Shown in pieces: positions 12,139-23,336 of a stretch of 64,000 nt of DNA. The position numbers and the translations under genes are program-made. The number at the start of each line of letters is the position of its first letter. Position 1 is the stretch's first letter. This DNA comes from Podarcis gaigeae. Its lineage: Eukaryota. The stretch lies in NCBI GenBank assembly GCA_964106915.2, contig OZ066916.1; one strand, written 5' to 3'. The notes under the pieces were generated by a model. It did not search any database. It worked only from the letters and a program-made list of their open reading frames with translations, and was not told the DNA's origin.

Positions 12139-12395
12139 CACAGCTGGGCCCACCAGTTACCGACACAGAATTTGTTCGTGCCTGTGTGGGGCACTGTTGT
12201 GTGCCCTGTGGAACTCCTTGGCTTGTGCTACATGGTGCCGATTGTGGCCTGCTTTTTTAATGCGCAGGCCCAGAGAGCAGCTGAATCCCGCAGGCTTACT
12301 ACGTGTGAATCCTACAAAGGCTCTCCTGAATGGGGCCAATGCATGCCATCACTTCTAGATGTAAGCCTGATGTTAGTGCTTGCTTGTGTTCTGAT

Positions 12396-12532
12396 GTAGC
12401 TCACTTGGTAGAGCATGAGACTCTTAATCTCAGGGTCGTTGGTTCAAGCCCCACATTGGGGGAAAAGATGCCTGCACTGCAGGAGCTGGACTGGATGACC
12501 CTAGTGGTCCCTTCCAGCTCTACAATTCTATG
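12396..12532 (+). mobile_element. tRNA-Lys(CTT)-derived SINE with CR1-type 3' tail
   Basis: TAGCTCACTTGGTAGAGCATGAGACTCTTAATCTCAGGGTCGTTGGTTCAAGCCCCAC followed by GATGACC...CCCTTCCAGCTCTACAATTCTATG; no intact acceptor stem. Confidence 0.8.
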
Positions 12533-12794
12533 CAGTCAAATCTGCTATCAAGTTGATCTGAGTAATCATTTTTTACATACTGAAATCAACCCAGGTCATT
12601 AAAAATGATGGGGGTGCACCAGCCTTCAGGAAATTATACATGGTTGAATAATATTAAATAAAAACACCTTAAATCTTAAAGCATCTATCTTAAATGTTCA
12701 AGCAAAGGAACAGGTGGCATGCGTAGTAGTTTATGTATAACCTGTAGTGTTTTGTTCCCCAATTGTGGTTTGTTTGTTTTTTTGGAATACGTAG

Positions 12795-12889
12795 ACTTGG
12801 GAGCTGACATTAAGCAAGCAGAAGCAGATAGAAGAGAAGCAGAAGTACAACAACGAATTGAAAAAGTGCAAGCTAGACTATTGCTTCAG
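12795..12889 (+). CDS. C6orf163: C6orf163 exon 2 (DLGADIKQAEADRREAEVQQRIEKVQARLLLQ)
   Basis: TAG acceptor ending 12794, donor GTACAA 12890, phases 1 to 0. Confidence 0.85.
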
Positions 12890-13501
12890 GTACAACTGTT
12901 CTGCTGTCATCGCATTATCCAATCCGTTGCACTGGGGCCTTTCTGCGAATATTTACTGATGTATAATGCAGACAGCATATTTTACAGAAATATGCGATAT
13001 ATTGGGTGGGGAACCTGTGACCCTCCAGAGGCTGTGGGGCTCCAGCTCCCATCAGCCCTGGACAGCATAGCCAATGGACTAAGGGATGATGGGAATTGCA
13101 GCCCAACAATATGGGCTATAACTTGCCTAACCTTGCTATATATGATTACATGAGTTTTATAGGTTTTACAATGTTTTGCTTTTAATGTTTATTTTGTAAT
13201 CCACACTTTCAAGGCTATATTCTTCAATGTGGGATATAAATATTTATTTACGTAATAAAATAATTGAATAAAAATACCATTGTATGGATCAGTTCTGTAT
13301 TTATCTTTCTGATGTGTTAATTTGGGTATCTAACTCACCAGTGTTACAGATCAGGGTTTAGATTTGCTCATTAGCAACCCAGTATGGCAGGGAATAAAGC
13401 ATAAGCCAGTGCCAAAGACCACAGACTCATAATTGAACCAAATCAATTGATTTATTGGTAGTACAGTGTTTCATTTAAGGCACGTTATTGTCTTCATGTC
13501 T

Positions 13502-13857
13502 GGGACGCGGGTGGCGTTGTGGGTAAAACCTCAGCACCTAGGACTTGCTGATCGCATGGTCGGCGGTTCGAATCCCCGCGGTGGGGTGCACTTCCGTTGT
13601 TCGGTCCCAGCGCCTGCCAACGTAGCAGTTCGAAAGCACCCCCGGGTGCAAGTAGATAAATAGGGACCGCTTACCAGCGGGAAGGTAAACAGCGTTCCGT
13701 GTGCTGCGCTGACTCGCCAGAGCAGCTTCGTCACGCTGGCCACGTGACCCGGAAGTGTCTGCGGACAGTGCTGGCTCCCGGCCTATAGAGTGAGATGAGC
13801 GCACAACCCTAGAGTCTGTCAAGACTGGCCCGTACTGGCAGGGGTACCTTTACCTTT
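13502..13857 (+). mobile_element. Full-length Sauria SINE, same subfamily as the 3387 copy
   Basis: 15-bp TSD TTATTGTCTTCATGT at 13485-13499 and 13856-13870; ACCTTT tail. Confidence 0.92.
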
Positions 13858-15181
13858 ATTGTCTTCATGTAGAAGATAATGATATTTTGAAATTAGAGCA
13901 ACTTAAAGATAGAGCAAATTAAAGCAATGTAATACAGCAGTATAGTACCTTTAGAAAATAAATTTTCCAAATGACATATAGCATAATAATTAAATTGACA
14001 AAAGAATGAATCAGTGTCTTCTTCCTGCCCTTCTAGTTGTAACCTAGAATTTCTAAGTTTTGCAGCGTATTAGCATTTTGGAATAAAGTTCATGGTTACC
14101 CAGCCAGTGCTGTGAGCTAAGATCTTGTGACCTTTAAAAGCAGAGTTAGATAAACTGCAAGCAGAGAGAGGGGGCGAATTCTTTAACTCGGCATCTGGAC
14201 TGCGAGGATGGAATTTCCCACTTTATCGCAATTTCATTACTCTATCTTGGAGTAGGGAGAGGGAGTGAAACTGCAGCCCTTGCCTCTTCATCGGCTCTTC
14301 ACTTAGGACAGGGATGGGGAACATGTGGCCCTCCAGATGTTGGACTACAACTGCTGGGACTGATGGGAGTTGGAGTCCAAAACATCTGAGGGGCCACAGG
14401 TTCCCCATTCCTGGCGTAGGGCTTGTGAGCCATGACACATCCCAGCACTTGCTTCCCAAAAGAGTTCAGTGTTCTGATCCTACATTTGTTTAGGCATTGT
14501 GGCTCGTTGTCTTTAAGTTCCTTAACATCTCATAACACTGATGGTATGGTGTTTCCTTTTAATCTTCTCATCCAGGATGCCAAGGTCTCCCATAGACGGC
14601 AGAGAAACATGGCATAAAGTTCCAAGCTGCCTTGGTATAGTGTCACAGAAGCAAACTTTTCATCCCTTTAGTGCATTGTGGCTGCTCTCCTGTGTGCTTG
14701 ACATTGGTTCTGCTGATGCAACAGGGTCCTGAGTAACACAATCTACTCCTGGGGAAACTACTGCCACCAGCAATGTAGAAACAGCAGCAGCTGTCTTTTC
14801 ATGGCCGCAGTTGGGAATTTGTGGCCTTCCAGATATTGCTCTCTTCCCTGACCGTTTGTCCAATGGCTCTTGTGCCAGCTCACCACCTTTCCCAGAAAGC
14901 TCTGTTTAGGGGTTTTCCACTGGCTAATGTGAATTCTTCTGGTGCCATTTCTGTCTGCCCATTTGGAAAAAAAAGGTTTGGATCATTCTGCCAACATGTT
15001 TCTGGGCTGTACCACTTTCAGACTGCAGGTGGGCATGTGCACAGTTGAATGGTTTGCTGTAGAAATAAAATCTCTGCACACAGGTTTGCTGTAAAAAAAC
15101 AAAAACAAACCCACAACCCTTCACATAGAAAACCTAGACATTTGACGAGGCCCAAAGCCTTCTCCCTGCTACTTCTCTGTA

Positions 15182-15406
15182 CAGTGGTACCTCGGGTTAC
15201 ATACGCTTCAGGTTACAGACTCTGCTAACCCAGAAATAGTACCTCAGGTTAAGAACTTTGCTTCAGGATGAGAACAGAAATCGTGCTCCGGCGGCACGGC
15301 AGCAGCTGGAGGCCCCATTAGCTAAAGTGGTGCTTCAGGTTAAGAACAGTTTCAGGTTAGAATGGACCTCCAGAACGAATTAAGTACTTAACCCGAGGTA
15401 CCACTG
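15182..15406 (+). mobile_element. Tigger/pogo-like MITE, copy 1
   Basis: TIR CAGTGGTACCTCGGGTTA, TA TSD. Confidence 0.9.
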
Positions 15407-15408
15407 TA

Positions 15409-15649
15409 TAGTGATACCTTGGTTTACAAAATTAATCCATTCTGGAAGCCTGTTCTTAAACCAAAACCGTTCTTAAACTGAGGCGCTCTCTCCCTAATGA
15501 GGCCTCCTGCCGCCAGTGCCCTTCCACCGTTCGGATTCCGTTCTTAGACTGAGATAAAGTTCTCAATCTGGGACACTATTTCCGGTTTTGCGGAGTTTGT
15601 AAACCGAATCGTTCTTAAACCGGACTGTTCTTAAATCAAGGTACCACTG
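15409..15649. mobile_element. Related Tigger-like MITE abutting copy 1 at a shared TA
   Basis: Degenerate TIR TAGTGATACCTTGG ... AAGGTACCACTG followed by TA. Confidence 0.8.
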
Positions 15650-15811
15650 TACAGGGAACTATATGGAAGAACAGACAGTTGTGTAAGCTGCCACCTTTAG
15701 TCTGGAGTGGTAAAGCCCAAACACAGGCATATCCTCTATTCTGCTGCTTATGATAACTATTGCTGTGCTGCTGCTTTAAAAAAGAAAATTAATGGGGAAA
15801 TAATAAATATA

Positions 15812-15924
15812 GGGTGATATCCAACTAAGTCATAGAGCAGACCCATTTAAATTAAGGGACTTGTTGCTTAAGGTCAGTGATATTAATGGGTCTGCTTTGA
15901 CTATGACTTAGTTGGATATCACCC
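15812..15924. mobile_element. Palindromic MITE (long hairpin)
   Basis: GGGTGATATCCAACTAAGTCATAGAGCAGACCCATT pairs with AATGGGTCTGC...CTATGACTTAGTTGGATATCACCC. Confidence 0.7.
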
Positions 15925-15999
15925 AGAGCGATCTAGCTGATGTGCAGCATCAGAATGTCCTCAGCACAGTTTTCTTCATGGCTATGCCTTTTTTTGTAG

Positions 16000-16107
16000 G
16001 CTGCAACAGAAAGAGAGGATGCTGTGGAAGATGCCCTCAATCGTGCAGCTGCTCTACACCAGCAAGATATTGAAGCCCTTAAAGAGAAAGACGAAAAAGC
16101 ATTGCAA
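16000..16107 (+). CDS. C6orf163: C6orf163 exon 3 (AATEREDAVEDALNRAAALHQQDIEALKEKDEKALQ)
   Basis: T-tract and TAG acceptor ending 15999, donor GTCAGT 16108; coiled-coil composition. Confidence 0.88.
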
Positions 16108-16355
16108 GTCAGTAGTCGTTTTATTTTTGTTTGCAACATCTCAAGAGACAATGCCTTGCATTTGGAGTTCTGTGGGGACGGATTCCCACCAATTGACACC
16201 CCCATGTCTGGATCCCTCTACACTGCAGTATGTCCTGCACCATTCCCAAAGCGCCCCCCCCCCCCGTTCTTGGGGAAGGGAGTATGGGGCTGCAGAGGGA
16301 AGGGTGGAAGAGGCAGAAAAAGTCCCACTCCATGAACTGAAATCTGCTTTATTTA

Positions 16356-16790
16356 TGTAATGGTTCTAGGGGTTGCTCGTGCGTAAGTTGCCGCCACTCC
16401 TGGCTAGGTTACCTGGTTGAACCCTTTCTGTCTGGACAGCCTTTCACTTCGTGGCTGTCTCAGTCGCTGGCAGAATCCGTCAGTGGGCGTTTCTTGAACT
16501 TCTTCCAGCAAAGAAGTTCTTTGACGCCAAGTCTCCTCCTACTCTCCCTGCGTGGAAGTCTTCTGCGCAGGGAGGGTGTGGGCAGCGGAGTACCCGTGCT
16601 CTCCCCACTGGTCTCCGGTGAAGAGTCCTGGAGCCTTCTCTCCAATTCCCCCATCTGCCCCCCTTCACCCCTGGTGTTACGCTGATTTCCTTCCCCAGCA
16701 GATGGGCTGCCTCTCTCCCTGCTGGGCCCTTCTCCGGCATTGCTTGGGAGCCTTGCCTCCACCTCTGGCTCTGATGGCAGTTCCCTGACA
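16356..16790 (-). mobile_element. Solo LTR-like element, probably Gypsy type
   Basis: TGT...ACA termini, 5-bp TSD ATTTA at 16351-16355 and 16791-16795, GC-rich relative to the flanks. Confidence 0.75.
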
Positions 16791-17015
16791 ATTTATGAAT
16801 GGAATTTTGGGTCCAAACCTACATAAACATGCAGAAGCTGCATGTGGCACAATTTCTCTTGTAACAAGTAGGTGGATGGGGGGGGTTGTTCTTGAAAACT
16901 CCACTGAATTAAAAAACAACAACACCATGAATGAAAATCTAGGGTGTCAAGGTAAAGATTCAGCTGAAACCTCTCTGACATGCAAGGAGGGCTTGTTTGT
17001 TTTTTTAGGTGGGAG

Positions 17016-17161
17016 CAGTGCTTTTTTTGTAGGGGGACGCAGGGGGACACATACCCTTAAACATTTTGTGAATCTAAGTTTGGCCTCATTGAGGGGCAGT
17101 ATTTCAATATGACTAGGAAAATGAGAATGCCCCTTAACAATTTTTAGAAAATAAAGTACTG
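17016..17161. mobile_element. hAT MITE
   Basis: TIRs CAGTGCTTTTTT and AATAAAGTACTG; TSD GGTGGGAG vs GATGGGAG. Confidence 0.7.
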
Positions 17162-17540
17162 GATGGGAGAGTTTAAAACTGATTTATTACTGGCATTTTG
17201 ACATCCTTTCTAGTCTGTGTCTCATTCTATTTCTACACATAAGAGCTGGCAGTAAAACTTTATTTTAGAACTACATTTATCTATTTATTTAAAATGTAAA
17301 AGGGCATTTCATTTTTCATAAATATATAAAACTTAAGTGTTCAGTGCACTGGTGAGACAGTCGCCAGAAAGATAGCCTCCGCAAGCTATGTGGCTGAAGC
17401 ATTTGAACTTACATTTTCTACATCCAAAGTGGTTTATAAAGCATGGTGCGTTCTTTCTAGGCTCGTCTTGTTTAAAACAGGGATGAAGCAGTCTAATCCC
17501 TCCCTTCCTATTCTAATTTGTTTTTCTAACGCTGCTGCAG

Positions 17541-17743
17541 GAGGCTGTGAAGAACACAAGGATAGAAATGCTCCATCACCTGGAACTGGAACTGAAAAGA
17601 GAATCAGAAGCTGCTGAGCAGAGGATGACACACAAACTTCAACGACTCATGCTGGAGCTCGCAATGGAGAAGTCAAAAGCCGTTGCTGAAGCTAGACAGG
17701 AAGAGAGGAACAAAATATCTGGAATGCTTGACAAGCAAAACAA
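17541..17743 (+). CDS. C6orf163: C6orf163 exon 4 (EAVKNTRIEM...AAEQRMTHKLQRLMLE...)
   Basis: CAG acceptor ending 17540, donor GT 17744, phase 2; AAEQRM motif. Confidence 0.88.
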
Positions 17744-18606
17744 GTACTTGGCTTAACAACCCCATTTCATATTTTAAAGCAGGGATGGTGAAACCACTGG
17801 ACTACGTCACCCATCATCCCTGATAGTTGACCATGCTGGTTAGGGATGATGGGATAATGAGTTCATTGCCACCTGGAGGGACTTGGGCTTCCCATCCCTG
17901 TTGAATATAAGGGGATGGGTTTAAGAGAGCTGCACCTGACCTTGTTTGCATCCAGATATCTGCATCCAGATAGAGTACTTTCCACCACCAGTGTTCCTCC
18001 AGCTGATCTGCAGGAGCTGGATGTCCACTGGGTGCTTTCAAAAGTGGGACTGGTTTGCTAATGGGTCACTGAGATATTGCAAATGGGACATGGGCAGCAG
18101 TAAATCTGGATTAAATTGATGGGTATTTTGATGCCAATGGCATTGTGTGGATGTAGCTTGTGGTTAGTGAGGAGAGCACTTAAGCACAAGCCGAGGTTCA
18201 GGTGACATGCTGAATCAATTCTTAGCTTGGTAAAAGAGCCTCTTTTAGGTTGGGCTCCTTCTAGAAGCCTGCATGTTGATACAACCCTGGTAAGCCATTG
18301 TTGGGCTTGCTGTGATTTGCAAACAAGGCTGATGTGATCAGTGGAGTTAACTCCCTGTTATGTGTGCTGTTGGATAGTACCAGATTTAATAGAATCTGAT
18401 AGTAAAGATGGGCAGGATGGGGGTTAGGTCTTCAGACGTTTTGCTATCTGGTTTCCACCTACAGATTTAGTCCAGTTTATTGGAAGGCATTTCGCTTTGC
18501 CTCTAGCTGAAAGAAATGTGCAGTTCACACAAGACTGGCTTTCAAATTGCCAGTAATGAAAAATTATGTTGAAGTTATCATATGATCTTTTCTCTCACCC
18601 CCTTAG

Positions 18607-19027
18607 GAAGTTTTTGGAACAATTCCGGAAAGCTGGAGAGATTGCCAATGAAATTTATCAGAAGAACCTGCAGCAGTTGTCCGTGGAGAAAAAATATGAA
18701 ATGGAAATGGCCTTTAAAATCTCCCAGAAAGAGTTTCAGGAAGAAACTGAGAAACTTCTCAAAAACGCAGAAAATCTCCGTGAGGCTCAGTTGGAAGAGG
18801 TGTCACACGAGGTGAGCAGGAAAAGTGGGGAGATCCTGACTCTTAGCCAGCAACTGGAAAGCATGACAGACTGGAAAGATAGCCTGGAAGCAGAAATATT
18901 AGAAACAAGAGAAGCATTTCAGAAATACATTAACCTCACATTTCCACAACTTGCACCAGGGCAAGCAGACTTTATCTTACCATTCAGAAAAGTATCTCAG
19001 TTTGTTGACTCTGGTGTAGAAACGTAA
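18607..19027 (+). CDS. C6orf163: C6orf163 last exon (...MTDWKDSLEAEILETREAFQKYINLTFPQLAPGQADFILP...*)
   Basis: TAG acceptor ending 18606, TAA 19025-19027, AATAAA 19122-19127; conserved FQKYIN-TFP-L-PG-ADFILP motif; total 324 aa. Confidence 0.92.
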
Positions 19028-20507
19028 GCTGAATGACAACCAGGAAGGAGTTCTGCCTGTTTGCTGCAGCCATCCAGTCTTGCTGTAGAAGAGTTGCTTA
19101 ACTGCTGGGGAAGGAGGAGAAATAAATCCATCTTCTCTCACTAAGGTTTAACTGTGTGCCTGTGTCTATATTTCCCTTGGATAACTCATGAACTCCCCTG
19201 TGACTCGGATTGTGAAGCTGTGCTCTTTGAGGGGTGGATGGAGAATCTTGCTTCTGTATACTAAAAGAGAGCTGCTTCTGTAAAAGTTAGGGAGCACGGA
19301 TGTCTCAATTTGAGCCCTGAAACTAGCAAGCGTGCCTCTGGACATGTGCAGAGAGCCTATCCCACTTTGCTACTGGGTTAACTGTAAGCTGCCTCCATAC
19401 ATATTTTATTTGAAGATGATATACTGCCAACTCAAGAAGGGTGGCTTCTAACAACTGCAAGCACCAGCACCTTAAAAAAAAATATGAAAGGGGATGGAGG
19501 AGCTATGAAATCGCCCCTGATTTACTGCAACACATTCTAAGGCTATGAGTACCTATCATAAAGGTGGCAAAGCTGTGGACTTACAGGTGTTGCTGGACTA
19601 CAACTCCTATCACCAATAAGTTCATTGGTCTTGCTGGCCGGTGCTGATGGGAATTGGAACACAATCAGATATAGGTGTGCCCTATTAAAGTGCATGGAAG
19701 TGTTGAGGCACAACAAATCAATCACCCCATGACTTTGCAGTTAGGAAAGTGATGTGGAAATGCAGTGAAAGATGCAGAATAATGATTGATGGACACAAAA
19801 TGAAAGCTCTATAAGCTCAATAAAGAGCAGACACTGTATAGTCTCTGCATCAGCGAGGCTGGGGGTGAGGTCTTGTCACCTGGCAGTCCAGGACCTACAT
19901 ACACCCTGCCCAGGCTTGCACATCAAGAGTTCGCTGCTGTGCTGCTAATGCAGCAAAAACGGGGGTTACCAGCCTCTACAGCAACAGCAGTGCCGTGATT
20001 CTCCAACAGAGACTCCCCCCCCCAGGTGTAACCCATTGTCTTTTGAGAGACGGATGCCAACAATGTTGTCCTGTGGGATTGTCAAAAAGCAGACTGCATT
20101 AATTAGCATACAAATAGTGTTCCCTTGCTCAGTGGATTCACTTTAGGAAAGTCCTCCCATAGGCAGCATGCTGAAAACAGTTCTCACAATCTCTGGTGGC
20201 CCAACAGTAACCAGTGTGTCCAACACAGTAGTTCCACAGTAGAGGCTATTAAGAGGGGTGCAGAAAACAGCTTTCAAATGCCTCTTAGGTGGATTTGGGA
20301 AGTCACAGTCTCTTGTGTTTTGTGTGTTTTAAAACCTAGCACATAGCTAGGATGAGATGCTGATTTGAAGGATATTTCCCCGGCTGCGTTTCCAGCAAGA
20401 GCAACAAAGAATGACAGGCTGACGACGCATCCTCCAGCAGCATGGGACGCGTGCTTGGAGACCCCAGTGGGCTATTACGATTCTCACCGTGTCCTGTGGG
20501 ATGCAAC

Positions 20508-20670
20508 CATAGGCATAGCCAGGGAGGAGGGGGGGGGGGGGCAGCACAATAAAACAATAGAAATAGTTAACTAACTGACCAATCATGTCGGTCCTGCTCC
20601 CCCTCAAAAGTCCTGCCTCCCCTAACCAAGTCCTGCCCCCCACCAAAAAACAACCCTGGCTGCGCCCATG
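20508..20670. mobile_element. hAT (Tip100-like) MITE upstream of the CFAP206 promoter
   Basis: TIRs CATAGGCATAGCCAGGG and CCCTGGCTGCGCCCATG; 8-bp TSD GATGCAAC at 20500-20507 and 20671-20678. Confidence 0.88.
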
Positions 20671-20739
20671 GATGCAACAGGTGTGTGTGAGAAACAGCTT
20701 TCAGCCAATATTGCCCTCATAAAGTGGGGAGGACAGTGG

Positions 20740-21145
20740 GGTAGGCAAGCGTGGGGACAATAAGCTCCGCGGCGGGGAGGCAGGAGCTCACAGAGGTCGG
20801 GAGGTGGGTTAAGTCCCCCAGCGAACACGTGTGCACCCATTCCGAAGACCGCTGAGCCTGACCTAAGCCCGCGCCGCCTCCGGCCTTCTAGCTCCGCCTA
20901 CCTGCGAGGCCCCGGCGGTCTCCATGGAGACGCGGCTCTTCCGCAGAAACACTACGAGGGCGCTTCTTCCCTTTCAGGGGCCGAGAAGACAGGAGGCTCC
21001 GAGGGCGCCGCGTGAGGCGGGAGGGGAGAAGCAGGTAAATCTCCGTGCTCGTCTTGAGGGGGAGAGACTACTGTTATTTACAGAGACGGAAGAGCCAAGG
21101 AGTGGCGGGGGGGGGGGGGGAGAGAGTTTTACTGGAGCCAGGTGA
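20740..21145 (+). promoter_or_regulatory. CpG island promoter and first exon of CFAP206
   Basis: CpG-rich; donors CAG/GTAAAT at 21035 and CAG/GTGAGC at 21142. Confidence 0.7.
20918..20931. promoter_or_regulatory. RFX X-box GTCTCCATGGAGAC
   Basis: Perfect 14-bp palindrome fitting GTYNCC-AT-GGNRAC in a ciliary gene promoter. Confidence 0.8.
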
Positions 21146-22520
21146 GCGGGGTGGCAGATCACATATTGTTAAATTCCTTCAAGAGGGTCGCCAGTATCCC
21201 CTTCCCCCATCTGCTCAGGACTCTGGTGCTTTCCCTTGCTATAGAGAACAAAGAAATTACACAGGTGAAGTTTTCCCGCTGCTGCACTTCTGGAGGGGGG
21301 GGAGGCGTAGAGAGAATTAAGCACCTGTTGAATTTATTCATGTCTGCGTACAGCTGAGGGGCAAGCGGGAGGAGAAAGGGAGGGATATGGTGTGGGTAAA
21401 GATGGGACTCCAAAGGAACCAACAGGAGCCAATGTTCCTGGCTGTTCCTTGGATCCAGCAAGGCACGCTCCCATCCACCCATTTAAGGTGCTGCTTTTGA
21501 CCTTTAAAGCCCTTCACGGCCTAGGACCCTCGTACCTACGGGACCGCCTCTCCTGGTATGCCCCACGGAGAGCCTCAAGGTCCATAAATAATAACACCCT
21601 AGTGGTCCCAGGCCCTAAAGAAGTTAGATTGGCTTAGGGAGTCAGGAATTCTCACTCTTGTCACTGATATCACAGTGGTGGGTAACCTCAAACCCATGTA
21701 CCAAACATGGCCCACCAGGCCATTTTTAGGAAGTCATACCCACACATCCCACACCTGATACCATGCATGACATCAGATATGGTGTGGGTAAAGATGGGAC
21801 TCCAAAGGAACCAACAGGAGCCAATGTTCCCGGCTGTTCCTTGGATCCAGCAAGGCACGCACCCATCCACCCATCTTGTTTACATAATCTGATTTTTATT
21901 ATTATTAATCACATAAACATCAATATCCATAATAGTGAATAAATCATAGTAAATATTAAGATATACGTATACACAGTAAATAAGGTGTGTGTATGTGTAT
22001 ATATACACACAATCTAGCTCTTAATTATAAGTTTAAGAAAAAAGGTGGAAGAGTGGAATAAGAACATGTAAAACACAAAAATAATTATAATTTCATCTCA
22101 TAAAATCAGGATTATCTATTTTATTACATCAACTTGAACAAAGGTTTTTTGTTTTGTTTTTTCCAAATGGCAACTGATAAAGTTAAATGCCATAGCTAGT
22201 TCACATGAACAAGGCCTGATACTTTTTAGAAATACATAAATTGAAGCCTTCCATGTCTTGAGGCATGCTCGAAAAGAGTGTCAAGCATGCCTCCCTTTCT
22301 CTCAAAAATGCACAATTTCAAATCTCAATTAAGATACAGGTATGTATAATCCCTAACTAAAGTATTATATAATATATTGTGTCTTTATGCAGAAGTAGGC
22401 AGCTTCTTGAAAACTTAAAAGATTGAGGAAGTTTCAATTGAATGTGCAATCACAATACTGTCAGTTATTCTGTGAAAAAAATTGTAACAACGTGAGCCCT
22501 TCATATCTTGATAATGCAGA

Positions 22521-22628
22521 ATGACTCACTCTCAAGCTGAAAGTGTCATAAAGAATATCATCCGTGAAATAGGACAAGAATGTGCCATGAAAGGTCAAAC
22601 CGTATCAGAAACTCTGGTGGCATTCATG
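22521..22628 (+). CDS. CFAP206: Cilia- and flagella-associated protein 206, first coding exon (MTHSQAESVIKNIIREIGQEC...LVAFM)
   Basis: CAG acceptor ending 22519, ATG 22521, donor GTAAGT 22629. Confidence 0.92.
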
Positions 22629-23110
22629 GTAAGTGCAAAATACACAATTTGCTAATGTGCTTCATTTAAAAGCTCTGCTTCTAGCAGTGTTAGAAACTGA
22701 AATATGAAAGCTAGGAGCTAAATGGCACCTTAAACCTAGGTTATGGGTACCATAACAGAATGTCTAGGCGCGCTTTTAAAATAACAAGAATACCAAGCTG
22801 AAAATGAATGAACTACAGCTAAACCTATCAGCTTGGATGACGCTGCAGCAATCGCTTGGAAATCGAGGTGGGGGGAATTTCTCCTCTTAGGCCCTCAGCG
22901 CCAGCAGTGGCAGTTTTAATCTGAAATCTTAGACGCGGTACTGTGCCCAGAGCTCAGAAACTGCTCATGCGAATGAAATTCCCTGTCGCAAAATGCGCCT
23001 AGAACAATGGGAGTTTCAAACGCTGCTTTCTAGTCATGTTAACATGTCACTCCTGTGGCATTAAAATAGTGTTAAAGGAACATGATTGTCTCAGGGCTAA
23101 AATGCAAGTG

Positions 23111-23336
23111 CAGTGGTACCTCGGGTTACATACGCTTCAGGTTACAGACTCCGCTAACCCAGAAATAGTACCTCGGGTTAAGAACTTTGCTTCAGGACGG
23201 GAACAGAAATCGTGCTCCGGCGGCGCGGTGGCAGCGGGAGGCCCCATTAGCTAAAGTGGTGCTTCAGGTTAAGAACAGTTTCAGGTTAAGAACAGACCTC
23301 CAGAACGAATTAAGTTCTTAACCTGAGATACCACTG
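23111..23336 (+). mobile_element. Tigger-like MITE, copy 2
   Basis: Same TIR and internal sequence as 15182. Confidence 0.9.

Noticed and set aside
12396-12462. Apparent tRNA-Lys(CTT) gene
   Set aside because: The 5' acceptor strand is missing, the B box is mutated, and it runs into a CR1-type tail; it is a SINE head
15182-15406. Recurring CAGGTTA units resembling a CRISPR-like array
   Set aside because: These are internal sub-repeats of a dispersed MITE, with the same intervening sequence in every copy, in a eukaryotic context
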